A DNA stretch of 64,000 nt, taken from Bugula neritina (Eukaryota > Animalia > Bryozoa). Positions within the stretch are counted from its first letter, which is position 1. Every line of letters starts with the position of its first letter. The stretch lies in contig OZ037769.1 in assembly GCA_964035545.1 (NCBI GenBank), positions 6,987,929-7,051,928 on the forward strand. Reading direction: 5' to 3'. Below the pieces are notes generated by a model. The model did no database searches, was not told the origin of the DNA, and was given only the letters and a program-made list of their open reading frames with translations. This document shows, in pieces, positions 25,001 through 37,000 of the stretch. The position numbers were made by a program, and so were the translations under genes.

Positions 25001-26935
25001 ACTAATATTACACAATATACATATACATTTATTTTTCACTAGCGCAAAAAATAAGAAGAAAATAAAAGCCCTAATTAGATAGGAAATGGAAAAAAATGCA
25101 CCTTATTTCTCAGAATATAGCACTTATTTCTCAGACTATAATAGTACCTTATTTCTCCAACTATAATAGTACCTTATTTCTCAGACTATAATACCACCAT
25201 ATTTCTCAGACTATAATAGTACCTTATTTCTCAGACTATAATAGTACCTTATTTCTCAGACTATAGCACGGGTCTGAAGCCAACTCTTCGATGTGTAAGA
25301 AAAGCTCAGACTCCTTAGACATGGTCTTCATAACTGTGTTGTGCCACGCCGTCTTGGTTTTCCTGGGGGTGGCGGTGAGGGACTCCCAGTGTTTGTCAAT
25401 AAACGGTACAATGTCCTAAAATAGTGACTTCTCATAGAAATACAGTGCACCTCATGGATCCCTTTCACATGAAATTCCATGTCATGAGGAGGGCTTGGGC
25501 TCTGTTTTGTGGCTTATGTATGTGTGTATAGAGACAGAATGGTCAAATTTAACAGATCCATGAGTTAAATCTGGTATTCTACTTTGTCACAAATTGAGGT
25601 TTTGGACCCATAGCTTAGTGAGATACGGAGGGAGCACTGCAGTTAGGAAACCTGTTTCATCAACTGGAGTTGTCTGCCATACATGCCATGAGAATGAGAA
25701 ATCTGCCACAAAAGGCTAGCATTGTGGAATCACACAAACACGTCAATTTGATCATTATTATGAAAATGGCCACAATAAGCTTCCCCTGACTATTGTTGGC
25801 CATGAAAGTAACTGTTATGCATACATCTGTTACCGGATATTACAACCCAGACAGCTGAATATTTAGTGCCAGCCTAAAACAGTCTTTACTGGCTTTATTA
25901 CAGTCACACAAATGATTCCTATTACTGCATAAACTTCAACAAAATGACAAAAATAAACACTAAGCATAGTTATTATAATGGCAACAAGATGTGAAGAAAG
26001 ATAACTCTAAGTTGTAAGAGAAGACAACACCAAGTGTAATTAATCTTGTGGAACTATAGTTCAAACTTTACCTTGTCCTTGGAGAAAAGCCTTTTCTCAG
26101 GGTACAGAATGGAAAGATTTGCTACAGCTGTTAGGCACATCTGTGTGAAGGCTGCAAAACACAAGCTAAACACTTCAACCGCCTGTAACTGTTGGAACTC
26201 ATAACAATAAGAGTGCAGAAGGAATAATTTTTAGAAATCAAATTGAAAACTTTGACTGTTGCTACATAGAGTGGTGGTGATAAATGCATAATGAGAAAGA
26301 AGTGCAGATTGTGTTAGCAAACTTACTAGCTGGTTTCTTCATGAAGCTCTCAATACCAGAGGGATGGCAGTTCTTACAGACAAAGGCATAACTTGTCATG
26401 CAGGCCAGACAACTCCTAAACAAGATAAACTGACAGAGTGAGACCTTACAACTTTGAATGATATTTTTACACACATATAAGCACAAGTTAACTCATCAGC
26501 AGATTGTCAGTTTATAACTCATAGTATAGAAGTGAATATACCCGAGGTAACAGCTGACACATCTCTCATGGAACCATCCATTACATAGACCACACTGTAG
26601 CTCTACCTTCTCTGGATTCCTTGGTTTACCACTAGAATGATTGGAGAATACTAAGTGTGACTATCAGATATGACAACTAGATTTGCATTGTATTACATAA
26701 TTTTTGTCACATCTAGATTAAAAAAAATCGACCTACAACAATTGCACAGAGTTGACATTCAAAATAAACTAGTGTTTTCAAAGTTTGACAAAAGATAGAG
26801 AATTGTGTACTTTCTCTACAACTGGACTATACAGCAGTCACATATCTTATATATATAATATAATACACACACGTATATAAGAGACTTTGCCTTAACTTAC
26901 CAATAACAAGTGGGATTAGTTGTGGTCTTTTCCAT
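10075..26935 (-). CDS. ASH2L: Set1/COMPASS core subunit ASH2 (ASH2L), ~512 aa, 14 coding exons
   Basis: Exons (-): 26935-26901, 26631-26542, 26415-26327, 26151-26072, 25415-25248, 24785-24640, 23452-23226, 22738-22661, 20791-20702, 20144-19948, 11548-11456, 10979-10881, 10554-10495, 10161-10075; phases are consistent, 1539 nt total. PHD-like [23 protein letters not shown], winged helix [33 protein letters not shown] (GSWYFEV...[19 protein letters not shown]...YYPAISLYK...VNFGP), and C-terminal DPY30-binding [18 protein letters not shown]. Confidence 0.97.
11910..12102. repeat. 16-bp tandem repeat (TTGGACCACTTTACTG)
   Basis: About 11 units with a recurring variant TTGGACCAGTTTATTT every third unit. 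Confidence 0.95.
12973..13476 (+). promoter_or_regulatory. Putative promoter and non-coding first exon of the nested gene (AP-1, CRE, TATA)
   Basis: TGACTCA 12973-79; perfect CRE TGACGTCA 13298-305; TTAGTCA ~13310; TATATAAA 13370-77; consensus donor GTAAGT at 13471; acceptor ttcttgtag ending 14918 upstream of ATG 14977. Confidence 0.6.
14223..14355. mobile_element. Small fold-back MITE (related degenerate copy at ~15490-15594)
   Basis: CAGCTCCGAGTTAGGGGTGACTGAGTGTAATAGTTTGGGTTCTG ... CAGAACCCTAAACTATTGCACTCATTCACCCCTAACTTGGAGCTG form long inverted arms. Confidence 0.75.
14977..19151 (+). CDS. Nested antisense gene in ASH2L intron: uncharacterised ~406-aa protein with N-myristoylation motif, disordered body, C-terminal WH2-like motif and putative PDZ-binding end
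   Basis: Exons 14977-15380, 15811-15949, 16311-16414, 17174-17330, 17581-17616, 17786-17955, 18068-18130, 18326-18369, 19048-19151 splice in frame via canonical GT/AG (1221 nt, no internal stop). Starts MGANNSK; ends ...[43 protein letters not shown]. Confidence 0.85.
15987..16097 (+). repeat. 12-bp repeat (GTGAGTAGTATA) of consensus splice donors
   Basis: About 8 GTGAGT-containing units 40-150 bp downstream of the true donor at 15950. Confidence 0.9.
18391..18988. repeat. 23-bp minisatellite (TATACAGTATAGTAATGTAATAT) filling the last intron of the nested gene
   Basis: About 26 units starting ~20 bp after the donor at 18370. Confidence 0.95.
21263..21602. mobile_element. Degenerate hAT/Charlie-type MITE
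   Basis: Right end GTTGGACACCCCTG (reverse complement CAGGGGTGTCCAAC), degenerate left end CGGGGCTGCCTAAC, internal GGCCC motifs. Confidence 0.65.
22035..22414. mobile_element. PIF/Harbinger (Tourist-like) MITE
   Basis: Near-perfect ~35-bp TIR AGGCCTGGCCTCACGCTCGTGAGAAT(C/T)ACACGAAA flanked by a TAA...TAA target duplication; no coding capacity. Confidence 0.88.
24328..24578. mobile_element. Degenerate hAT/Charlie-type MITE
   Basis: Ends CAGGCATGCCCAA ... TTGGGCACCCCTG with nnnTAnAn-like flanks. Confidence 0.6.
24803..25028. repeat. Degenerate AT-rich tandem repeat next to an ASH2L acceptor
   Basis: Recurring CATATTACACAATATACATATAACTTATACTATT units. Confidence 0.8.
25100..25265 (-). repeat. 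25-bp tandem repeat duplicating an ASH2L exon end plus donor
   Basis: Unit on minus strand TCTGAGAAATAAG|GTACTATTATAG, ~6-7 copies; the first copy is the real junction at 25248/25247. Confidence 0.92.
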
Positions 26936-27479
26936 GCTTTAAAAAGTAAATTAAATATTGAGCTAAAATATTAGGAAAAGAGATATTGCTCTAAACATAA
27001 AATAATAAGCAGTGGTAGGGCAGTACAAATTGTTCAAGGTAGTCAAACCTTCTTAGGTCTTGTTACAGTTATTAGAATAACAGTCCCTGTTTACTCATAA
27101 AATTTAAAAACCAATTATTAGTTAATTTTATTGTGTATTAAATGAATAGATATAAAAAATGTAGATTAAGTAATGGAAAGATCTTTTTACCTATTGAACA
27201 AAACATACCGCTTTATTAAAATGCAAGGATATATATTTAGAAACTTGCAAGAAAACATCTAGAAAAATAAAAATTGAATGACAATAAAACCATCAAACTA
27301 CATGAGCACAGATATCGGCATCTTAAAATAAACTCAATTAAAGTGAATGATAACTAAAAGTGCTCATATTGATTATCTAGCAATAGAGAAACTCCAACAT
27401 GTTGCAACAACAAAGGACCATCTGCATGAATGAATACATGTATTCTTTCTGATCTGATTACAGAAAGTATTTGGTGCCA

Positions 27480-28260
27480 ATAAATCTAAAAGGCTACCTA
27501 GCTGGAGTACCAGATGTCAACCCTATTCTACTTCTAGTATTAATAATCTCTCAGGTAAGACTCTTTGCAGATTACACCAACCAGCCTATCTCAGATGACC
27601 AAGACACAGTAGAGGAATGGAGCATCAAAACCCAATATGGAGTTTAATATCAAAAATAATAGGATTCGAATTCTTGATAAGCGAGATTTGCTATTACATC
27701 ACACACTAAATAAAACAGTGATAAAACAAATAAGTAAATTCAACATACTTCTCAGCGACCTTATAATATAAGCCTAAGTTTGACCATCATATTAAGAATA
27801 ACATATCACAAGAAAACCGATAATGATCAAAAGGGCTCTGCATTATGCAACAGCAAAAGCAAGACCTATAGCCTGCACGTCCACGTTCCTTCCTCACTTG
27901 GGCTATGCATCTGCTACACAAAACTCATATATCACAAAAGAAGTAATTACCATTAAAGAAGTAAAAACATGGATAAGAAAAGCTATAGCTAAAATCGAGC
28001 GAAAGAAATACCAGGGCACATTGTTGATATAAAACAAGAACTTAAGGGCCAAAACTTCTTTCGAGGATACTCCAAAATGAAGAAAATTATCCAGCACTTG
28101 AAAGTGTATGATGGTCTAATGTAAAATTACTCTCAACTATGGTTCAGGAACTTTAAAAAATAATGACACTCAATACCATGGTAGCTTTTATTTTGAACAA
28201 TCAGACACCTTAAAAGAAAACCATTCTCACAAGACAAACTTCAACACAGACTCAACCTAG
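27480..28260 (+). mobile_element. Decayed non-LTR retrotransposon (CR1/L2-like) reverse transcriptase fragment
   Basis: Frame-broken relics in the canonical order: AGVP..NPILLL..INNL, SQVRLFADYT (FADD motif), MEFNIK, FDHHIK, MIKRAL...FLPHLGYAS (cf. RPxLEYAS). Confidence 0.72.
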
Positions 28261-28384
28261 CACAGACAGGTCAAGTGAACACAACTGCTAAACAACCACT
28301 CACTGTAATCAATTTATGGACCATTGTATTTAACCATAAACATATGATGCACATCCCTCCCATTATCTAATAATCGAATCCGCA

Positions 28385-28762
28385 AATATTCGAAAATGTC
28401 AATTGGTAAACAATTATTTGGAAAACAAACAAATCACCAGTAGACAACTTGAAAATTGACAATTAGCAAATGGGCAATTGGAAAATAAGCATTTGGAAAA
28501 TAGACATTTGAGAAATGAAGAGTATTCAACATGGGCCTAGTCCAAAGTGAGCTGTTCAGATTCTGGTCGGGTACAAACTATTTTGAACCCGGCTAGATTC
28601 CGAACAGCCCACTGCGAACTAGGCGATGTTGAATATTCTTCATTTTCCAAATGTCTATTTTCCAAGTGCGATTTGCTAATTGTCTATTTTCAAGTTGTCT
28701 ATTGGTAACTTGTCCCTTTTTTTCCAAATAGGTGTTTTTCAATTGCCATTCTCGAAATGTCG
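28385..28762. mobile_element. ~380-bp imperfect palindrome / fold-back element
   Basis: Left arm (…tagacaacttgaaaattgacaattagcaaat…ttggaaaatagacatttg…atgaagagtattcaacat) is the reverse complement of the right arm (atgttgaatattcttcat…caaatgtctattttccaa…atttgctaattgtctattttcaagttgtcta); centre ~28578. Confidence 0.8.
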
Positions 28763-28769
28763 TGTCACC

Positions 28770-29830
28770 CTAGTAGTCTAGTATGCACACAGCAGTAGTA
28801 CTACTAATATTACTAATATTATAATAGTATTACCAGTAGTACTAACCTCGTTACCCAAACAGGACAAAGCGGAGATAGGTGAGGTGAGAATTACTAGTAG
28901 TACTAATAGCAGAAGTGTTCCACTATAGAAACGAGCTCTAGTACAATCGTGAGCACTACTACTAGTGAGTCTAGTGGGAACTCTTAATAGTTATACTGCT
29001 AATACCACTAGTACCACTAGATGTAGTCACACTTATAGTAATACTAATACTAATCGTAATAGCTAATGTTAGATTTCAAGTTCAACTTATATATAGCTAA
29101 TGTTATGTTATAGGTAATATCTACATTATAGTATTACTATTAGTTATACTATAACTAATACTTATAATTATGCTATAAGTATTAGTATAATATTAAGAAC
29201 AACAACTATAACTATAAGCTAAACTTAAACTTAAAGTTAAAGCAAGTTATACTAAAAGTAAATATTAATATAATACTTACACTTAGACTTTTAACTATCA
29301 CTAAGTTTTAGTTAGAGTTAATAGTTAAACTTATAGTTACACTTAATCTTATAGTTATAATATCAATATGACTTTTTTCTATCAGCATGACTATTAGTAT
29401 TAGCATCACTATGACTGTATGAGTATGAATAATTATAATAGAGTAAATGTAATAGTTTAATACTAATACTTAATCTTTACTCATAGTCATAGTGATAGTA
29501 TTAGTTATAGTCATAGTGTGAGTCATTATTATACTTATAGTTATAGTTATACTTATAGTTATAGTAATCATGTAACTCAAAGTGTATTGACTATTGAATC
29601 AAATTCAATAAAGTTATAAACACAATCAGTATCAGTATCACTCAAAGCCTAATACTCAGAATAGTAATACTAATAGTAATAGTAATAGTAATGGTAATCA
29701 CTAACTCTAAGTCTAATCAACTAAGTCTAATGCTAAGCCTAATGGCTAATGGCAATAAATATAATGATAATCACTAATCAGTAAAACTAAATCTAAATCA
29801 GTAAATGACTAAATCACAATGACAATGATT
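28770..29830. repeat. Extended low-complexity region with 3/6-bp periodicity (TAG/TAC/TAA/TTATAG)
   Basis: Mosaic of (TAGTAA)n, (TTATAG)n, (AACTTA)n and (CTAATG)n stretches between the ASH2L and dystroglycan-like 5' ends. Confidence 0.75.
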
Positions 29831-31093
29831 GAATGAATATATTACATTCCTGCAATGGTGTACTACATAGAAAATTTGGCATAAACATAAACTAAAACTG
29901 TAAAGCTACATGTATGGTCTAACTAGGGAGAGATGGTAAAATTTATGAACTAGTGGATCTTATTCAAAATTAATGTGTTATTTTGTTACAAATATTTGAA
30001 TGAAAAAAATTGGTGATCTAGTTTTCGCGATTCCAATATCGGTTGGTTTCAAAAAACATACTTGCACGATATGTAATATAATTATTTGCAGCAATATGCA
30101 TTAGCCCTAGAACCTAGATTGTTCATGGCACTCTCTTCTTTCTGAAATTCGAAAGATGTTGCCTAGGACGCTTTCTGGACCAAAGACGGAGGGAAAAGTG
30201 ATTGAAATAACGATTTAGCACGATCAACCTCAATATGATAGTGATAGTTGTCAGCCTGATATTTTAACCACAAAAACCTTATGGTGAGTCTATGATAATA
30301 TTTTAGAGAAAATTTTACTTTAATGAATAACATTAAGTTTAACTGTTCAATTTTTACTTCAAAACTCAGATTGAGTTTGTTAATGTTACAGAACAGAAAT
30401 AAGTTAAACTTAAACTTAAAGTTGCTATATTATTAATATTAATAATATATTCGTATAAATATATAGTAATTATTTTATTTTTAATAGTATTAAGGTATAA
30501 TATTGACAATAAAATTATTAATATGGAGTATTACACATTTTTTGGGTTATAATAATGTTGATTTTGATTTTATATGATCACATGACGATGTTTTGTAAGT
30601 GTTATAAATCTAAGTGTTGGGACATAAGATAAAGATTCAGATTGAAAATAAGCCTATCAGTATCATTATCATTAGCGATAGGTGATAAACTTTACGCTTT
30701 AATGATCATTTGTGGATCACTCTTAACATAAAACTAGATGTAACAATGATGCTTTAGTTAATTTTTGCTTACCATTGTGATTGTCATTCTGATTATAGTG
30801 ATTATAGTCAATGTTATGTTTCAAATTTAAGCTAATTTTGTCATTTTAAAGCTTGTTATAGAAAATTTTTGTATTGAGTCAGTTGTTACAGTTGATATTT
30901 AAATTTAAAAGTACAATTTAATTTTGTTTCAATTATAGGTTTCTTAAATTTCAATTTTTATTTACAATTTGTTAAATTTGAGCATTTATTTGAGTATACA
31001 TACATAGTAATTTGATATTTTTCTATATCTTTTAGGTTCAACTAAAAGATGCTAAGGTATTGAGTATGATGTGCTAGATATGACATCTTAAGT

Positions 31094-34000
31094 ATGGCGC
31101 TAGGTCTTCTTACCCTTACAGCTATTGCCTTATTCTGTGGACTTGTTTCTGGTGCTTTATTTACCAATATTAGCATTGTGCCTGGAAAGTATTTCCAATA
31201 CACTCTATTGGCCAATGAAAAGGTTAGTCAACTATGAGGTCCTATTTTTTGTGAGGTATTTTTTTATAGCATTTTGAGTGTACTCAAATTTTTGCACTTT
31301 AAAGTTTTTTGGAAAGTTTATTTCATTTTTAATTAGAAAAGTTACTAAATTATCAGTTCTCATGAAAACTATACACACCATTTGATATTTTTTTTCATTC
31401 TATTCTTGGTTTGTTAGTAAAACATTGTTGTACAAATCCGTAAACAAGAAATTAGTTATGTAATCAGAGAATTTTTGCACTTGTCCCAAACAATCTCAGT
31501 CTTTATTTGGTTTTTATAATTAACTCAGTTGCCTGTTGAATTATGTTCACTTTACTAAAAATAAAAAGATGCTAACGAAAAAGCCATTGTAACTGATATA
31601 AGTTTTACCTTTGATAATATTATGGTTTGTTTTGTTTTATCTTCTTAGCTATTACACTGCAACATAGTTTGGCAAAAATATTATCGTGGCAACCATCAGT
31701 AGATGGCTAAACCTATTTCACTTTTTTTGCTTTTATTGAAGCACTGAATATTATGTGTTGAGTATTTGTCAAACTGAGTTAATAAATTGCTTAAATTTTG
31801 CTGTAGCAAAAAAATGGCGATATTTCAACTGCATTCATTGGTTGAATGGTTTAACTTTAGGCTAATATTTTTGATTGTAGCTTGCAGACGTTTCTAGTGA
31901 TGTTCAAGATCCGTGGATATATTATGATGGAGAGTGTCACTGTGTTTCTGGTGTACCACTACAAGGACAAACCTCTCTGGTTAGTAGAATCAGTTACTTC
32001 AGTTCTGAAAATGTTTGACCAATGTATTTAGCTTGATACTCAAGTATGTTTTATCGGAGTGTGTTGAATGCATGGGTGTCTGGTGTGTTTTTGGTGTGTG
32101 TCTGCTAATGTCTGCTTCGACTACATCAAGGATGGGGCCATTATTGGAGCAAAGTTTGCTCAAATTTTCTCTACAGTAGAAGTATTTTAGTCCTACATGA
32201 GGATTATGATTATAGTATACCCTTTGTAAAAAGTAAAGCTGGTTACTTTAGCAGTTTATACAAATTTGCATATATAACAAAAAGTTTAGTTTTTGAAATA
32301 TTGTGAATGTACCTTTTTCTACTGTTCAAATTTTATTACTCAATAGCTGTTTGCTTGTAAACACAAGCCTTAATGAGCCATGAAATGTAAAGTACTATTT
32401 ATTAGCTTCTATAGGAAATGCTGAATGACGTGTGTTTAAGTTTGGCACCTTCTAACTGATGGCCATTGTATTTACTGCTTTCATAAACTCAAAGAATTTT
32501 TTATTCAAACCGTTGAATGAAATTGCATCAAAATATTTGCTTAGTGGTTTATACAGTTCTAGACTTCCTTTGAGCTAGTTTCTTTGACATGAGATATGCA
32601 GCTGAGGCCTGTATAAATATTAGGCATAGCTTGATAAATTAGGTGCTGCAACAGCGAATTTTCAATAGCAGAAGTTATTGAATGTTTTATGAGTTTTGTT
32701 TTTCCCAGTTTCCTGTTGCTGCACCCACCTCTGCTTAACACATGCCTTTACACTTCACACTAAAGATTTTGTTGTGTGTTTTAGATTAGTATTTTAGACA
32801 CAACATGCCACCTCTGCCCTCCTCATAGACTGGAGATTGCTGTGTCACAGGCTAACAATAGCCTGAGGAATCACGGGCTTACAGCCATGTACACGAAGTG
32901 CAGGGAGTTGGACAACCCAGTGTCTGTCATACTAAGATTTGGTTTACGAAAGGCAGGGCTGGACAACAAGGCCAGGGTGAGTGGTTAATCTATATAGATA
33001 GACTGCTATTGAACTTCTTGTAAACTGTGCAAATTACTACACTTTTCTGAGAAAGGGAATTCTTTTTCTCCCTCCCCCTCTCTCACTCCCCTCTCTCTAC
33101 ACTCTCCCCTCTTTCTACATTCCCCCTCTCTACACTCCCCCCTTTTTCTCTCTATCTATCTATCTATCTATCTATCTCTTTACAAAATGGCTGTAAAGGT
33201 CTAAAAGTATTATGCAGACTAAGCACTCACTACCAAACAGTGAACTCATTTCGGCTTTTCTTTTTATACTATTACAAAATCATTATAATATGTATTGCGA
33301 GTGATATCTCCACTGAAGATTGAACCCTCTTGATGCCAACTCAGTTGTCTGTATAGCCTGAACTTCTACTTGTTGAACTGTCATGAGCAGCAGCTTGCGC
33401 ATTGTTCATTCTACTGTGTGTAGCTTCATATCTGACTTCTGACCTGTAATAACTGAGGGAATTCTAGTTCCCCTCAGTACAGCATATCTATATAATACAG
33501 TTTTATCCGAGTTGATAAGGACCTCTTCACATAATCATTTTTGCACATAATGTATAAACAAGTAAAATAGAGAAGCAGCAAAATGAAATGATCATTCCGA
33601 TATAATGTAACAGAAGAATTGGAACTTATAATTTGAAAAAATATTTGTGTGCAATAAAGTCTTTGTATCATGTACAGTAAAATATGTTTGGGTGAAAGCA
33701 AGTCATTTCAACTGAGATATGAGTTGTCTCACCAATGCCTATTACTGTTCCCTCTGATTGGCTAGCTGCCTGTCCCAATATGGTTATTGCATCAAAATGA
33801 GCCTTGGCCTTCTGTGATGTAACTGTTCACAAAAATACATGAATCAAAATATGTTAGTACACTCTTTATGATTATTTAATTTTGTTACTAATTTTCTGCA
33901 ACTACTATATAATAAGTTGTTTGTTATATGCAATATGCCTAGAGATAGTAATTATTATAAATCCCCGTTTAGCTGAAGCAGTGGAGAAATTGTAGCACCG

Positions 34001-37000
34001 TACAATCCTCAACTTTTCTTTAACAAATCTTGGTTTGAGGCGTTGGTCGAAATTATCATGATGACAACTTATTTCGCCACATTTCAAATCTAGAACACAG
34101 GCTTTACTCAATTTCTCCATTACTGCATCTACCTCTTGGTGATGAAGTGTTCTAACTTGTTGAAAATAGCAATAGCTTTGTTTGGTTGGTTTGCACTATA
34201 CGAAGTGGTTCATTATTTGTCATGTAGTACAGCAGGTTTAAGTTAAGATTTTCTAAAACTTGGGTTCAAAGCGAACCGACATTTAAACTATCTCAATGCA
34301 GTAATCACAATGGGAAACATGTGCGTATTCACATTCATTATAGTGTTTGCAATTTAACTTTATAACAATCTAAACTTTCTGGTTCTAAAATAAATTTGTG
34401 TGTGTGTAAAACTTAACCAAATATAATATAAACATCATTCCTAGTTGTTGCAATGCACTTAGATTGTATCTATTGGTAAATTAGCACTTCTGTTTTGGAT
34501 TGCTTTAGGTTCTCCTTCTGAATGATTTGTCAAAGGAACTGAACGTTGACGTTAGCCTTTTGACTATGAGCAAAAGAGTGTCTTATATGAATATTTTACA
34601 AGCATGGTCAGGGGAGGTAACTACTGAAGTTGATGACAGCATAGACGTTTTCTGGGACTTATCATGTCAAAATGTAAGTCAATATTTTTTGAACCTATTA
34701 GGTACCTTAATGTATATATTAGAAACACTTTTGTTGTAGGCAATTTACTTTCCTAGATATGAATCAGAAGATGTTTGATTTTTGTCAGTCCGATTTCTTT
34801 TAAGTGCTTTTAGGAACCTGCAACAAGCACTATGGTAATGTTTCAATATGAGTCTTAGATCTTGTCTAATGAAGATAATAAAACATTTTTAGGACATTAA
34901 AACAAGCAAATGAAATACTAGATTGATCCAAAATGGTGCAATGTATTTTCTAGCTATATTAAAATGTTTTCCAAGAAATCTTTGTATTGTTTAGGAAATA
35001 AAAACAAATATCTACAAATACAATAATTTAAAAATATTTTCTGCCTAATGTAGTACTAATAAAATTTCTTTTGCGGTACAAGATTTTGTGCAGCATGATT
35101 TAATGTGCTGTAGTCACAAAACAGCATTAAAGTTAGTAAAAGAATGGTTCTGATGTGTGTTGAAGTACTCTTCAAGTTGATGAACTCCATCCACCTCCTT
35201 GAGTTTTCTGTAGATGGGTTAATTATAGTCTACAATACAGTAAATTATGATGATAGAACTTTATAAAAACAATAGATTTTCTTTACGGCCAGTACATCAT
35301 ATCATATACTGAAATAATCAATTATTTAGTAATTTGAATTAAAAAGTATTCAAATTGGTACATAATGTAATTACTTATTTATTTATGTTCTATTTCTTTA
35401 CCAATTTGTAATAAAACCTAAATTCATATGGAGGGTTTTCAAGCAGACTAAAGACTGCACCTTCTACCATGCTGGCAACATATAGTTTTTGAGTTTTTTG
35501 TCTAAAGTAAAGATGAATTACGACTGCCGATTCCCCTCTTGACATTGCCAGTGGCCATGCAGGGCTACGAACTCGGCTAGCATTCTAATCTGTGGACTAC
35601 TGCCGCTTCCAATGTTAATATTGTTGAATAATAGAATAGTTATTTATTAGCTTTGCTGATTGCAGCTAAGTATACTAACATGTAGTTGTCTGTCCCCATC
35701 CACCAGGAGCTGTAGTGGTTGGCTGGTAATGACCAGAACCTCCTTTAGGACCTCTATCTCCTTTAGGACCTGTATTTCCTTTGGGTCCACGTGGGCCCTG
35801 CTTACCTCTTTTTCCCCATGCACCTGAACATAGATCATAAATTATTCTAGTGTAGGACTAAAGACAACCATATAGTGTTAGCTTTATCAAATTCTTAATT
35901 TGCTTTTAGTGAAATTTCTAGACTCTTTCTTGCTGTGCTTAAAATGACTCAGAAAAATGAGCCAAGCACTTGATTTTTACATTATCGTCATAATATCTGG
36001 TTATACTATGCAGCATATAACAGACCAATTTCTAAAAGATTTTATGCCTGCAGTAGTTTAAGTGATTAAAAAGAGATAATCATTTATATTCTAAAATTAA
36101 GCTATTTCTGGAAACACACCTGTAGGACCTGTAAAGCCAATCGTTCCTGTTGGCCCTGTTGGGCCTGTGTTTCCAATACGTCCCTTTTCTCCTTTTGATC
36201 CGCTATTTCCCTTTGAACCTGTGTCACCTTTGATTCCTTTTTCAGTGCTTCCCTTGTCACCTGCAAAACATTGAGAAATAATTTTATTTTGCAAGATTCC
36301 ATTTGAAGTTATCAAAAATTTATTTTCTAGTAATAACTATTTGAAGTGCATTTATAATAAGTTTTGAAGTAAATATAAACATTATAATATAAATAATTTC
36401 TTATAATAAATGAATTTTATAATGAATATGATTATGAGATATTATGTATTGGTTATAAGTACACTGTGTAAGTGTTAACTTGTTAGCATAATTTTCTTAC
36501 CAGTATCTCCTTTATGTCCTTTGCTGCCTTTAGAGCCAGTACCACCAATGTTGCCTTTATCTCCTTTTGGTGCATCTTCCCCTCCAATACCTTTATTACC
36601 CTTGAGCCCCTGGCCACCCTTAGTACCTCGAAATCCTTTTTCGCCTTCTCCACCCTTGAATCCTTTTTCTCCTGTTGTACCTTTTGCTCCGTCAACACCT
36701 TTATGACCATCAACCCCTTTAGAGCCAGATTCACCCTTTGTGCCCATGATTCCTTTGAGGCCTTTAAAACCCTTATCACCTTGGGCACCTTTTGGTCCAA
36801 TAATACCCTTTTCTCCCATATCACCTTTACTTCCTTTGGTACCAAATTCTCCTTTAGCTCCCTTTTCACCTTGGTTGCCGTTGATTCCTTTATTACCATT
36901 CTGACCTTTGTGACCTTTTTCTCCTTTATTTCCGCCATCTCCTTTAATACCTCCAATTCCTTTATTTCCTTCAATACCTTTGTCACCTTTAACTCCTTTG

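Noticed and set aside
31649-31700. Possible extra exon LLHCNIVWQKYYRGNH in the dystroglycan-like gene
   Set aside because: Good acceptor but it runs into TAG with no convincing donor; flanking exons join in phase 0 without it.
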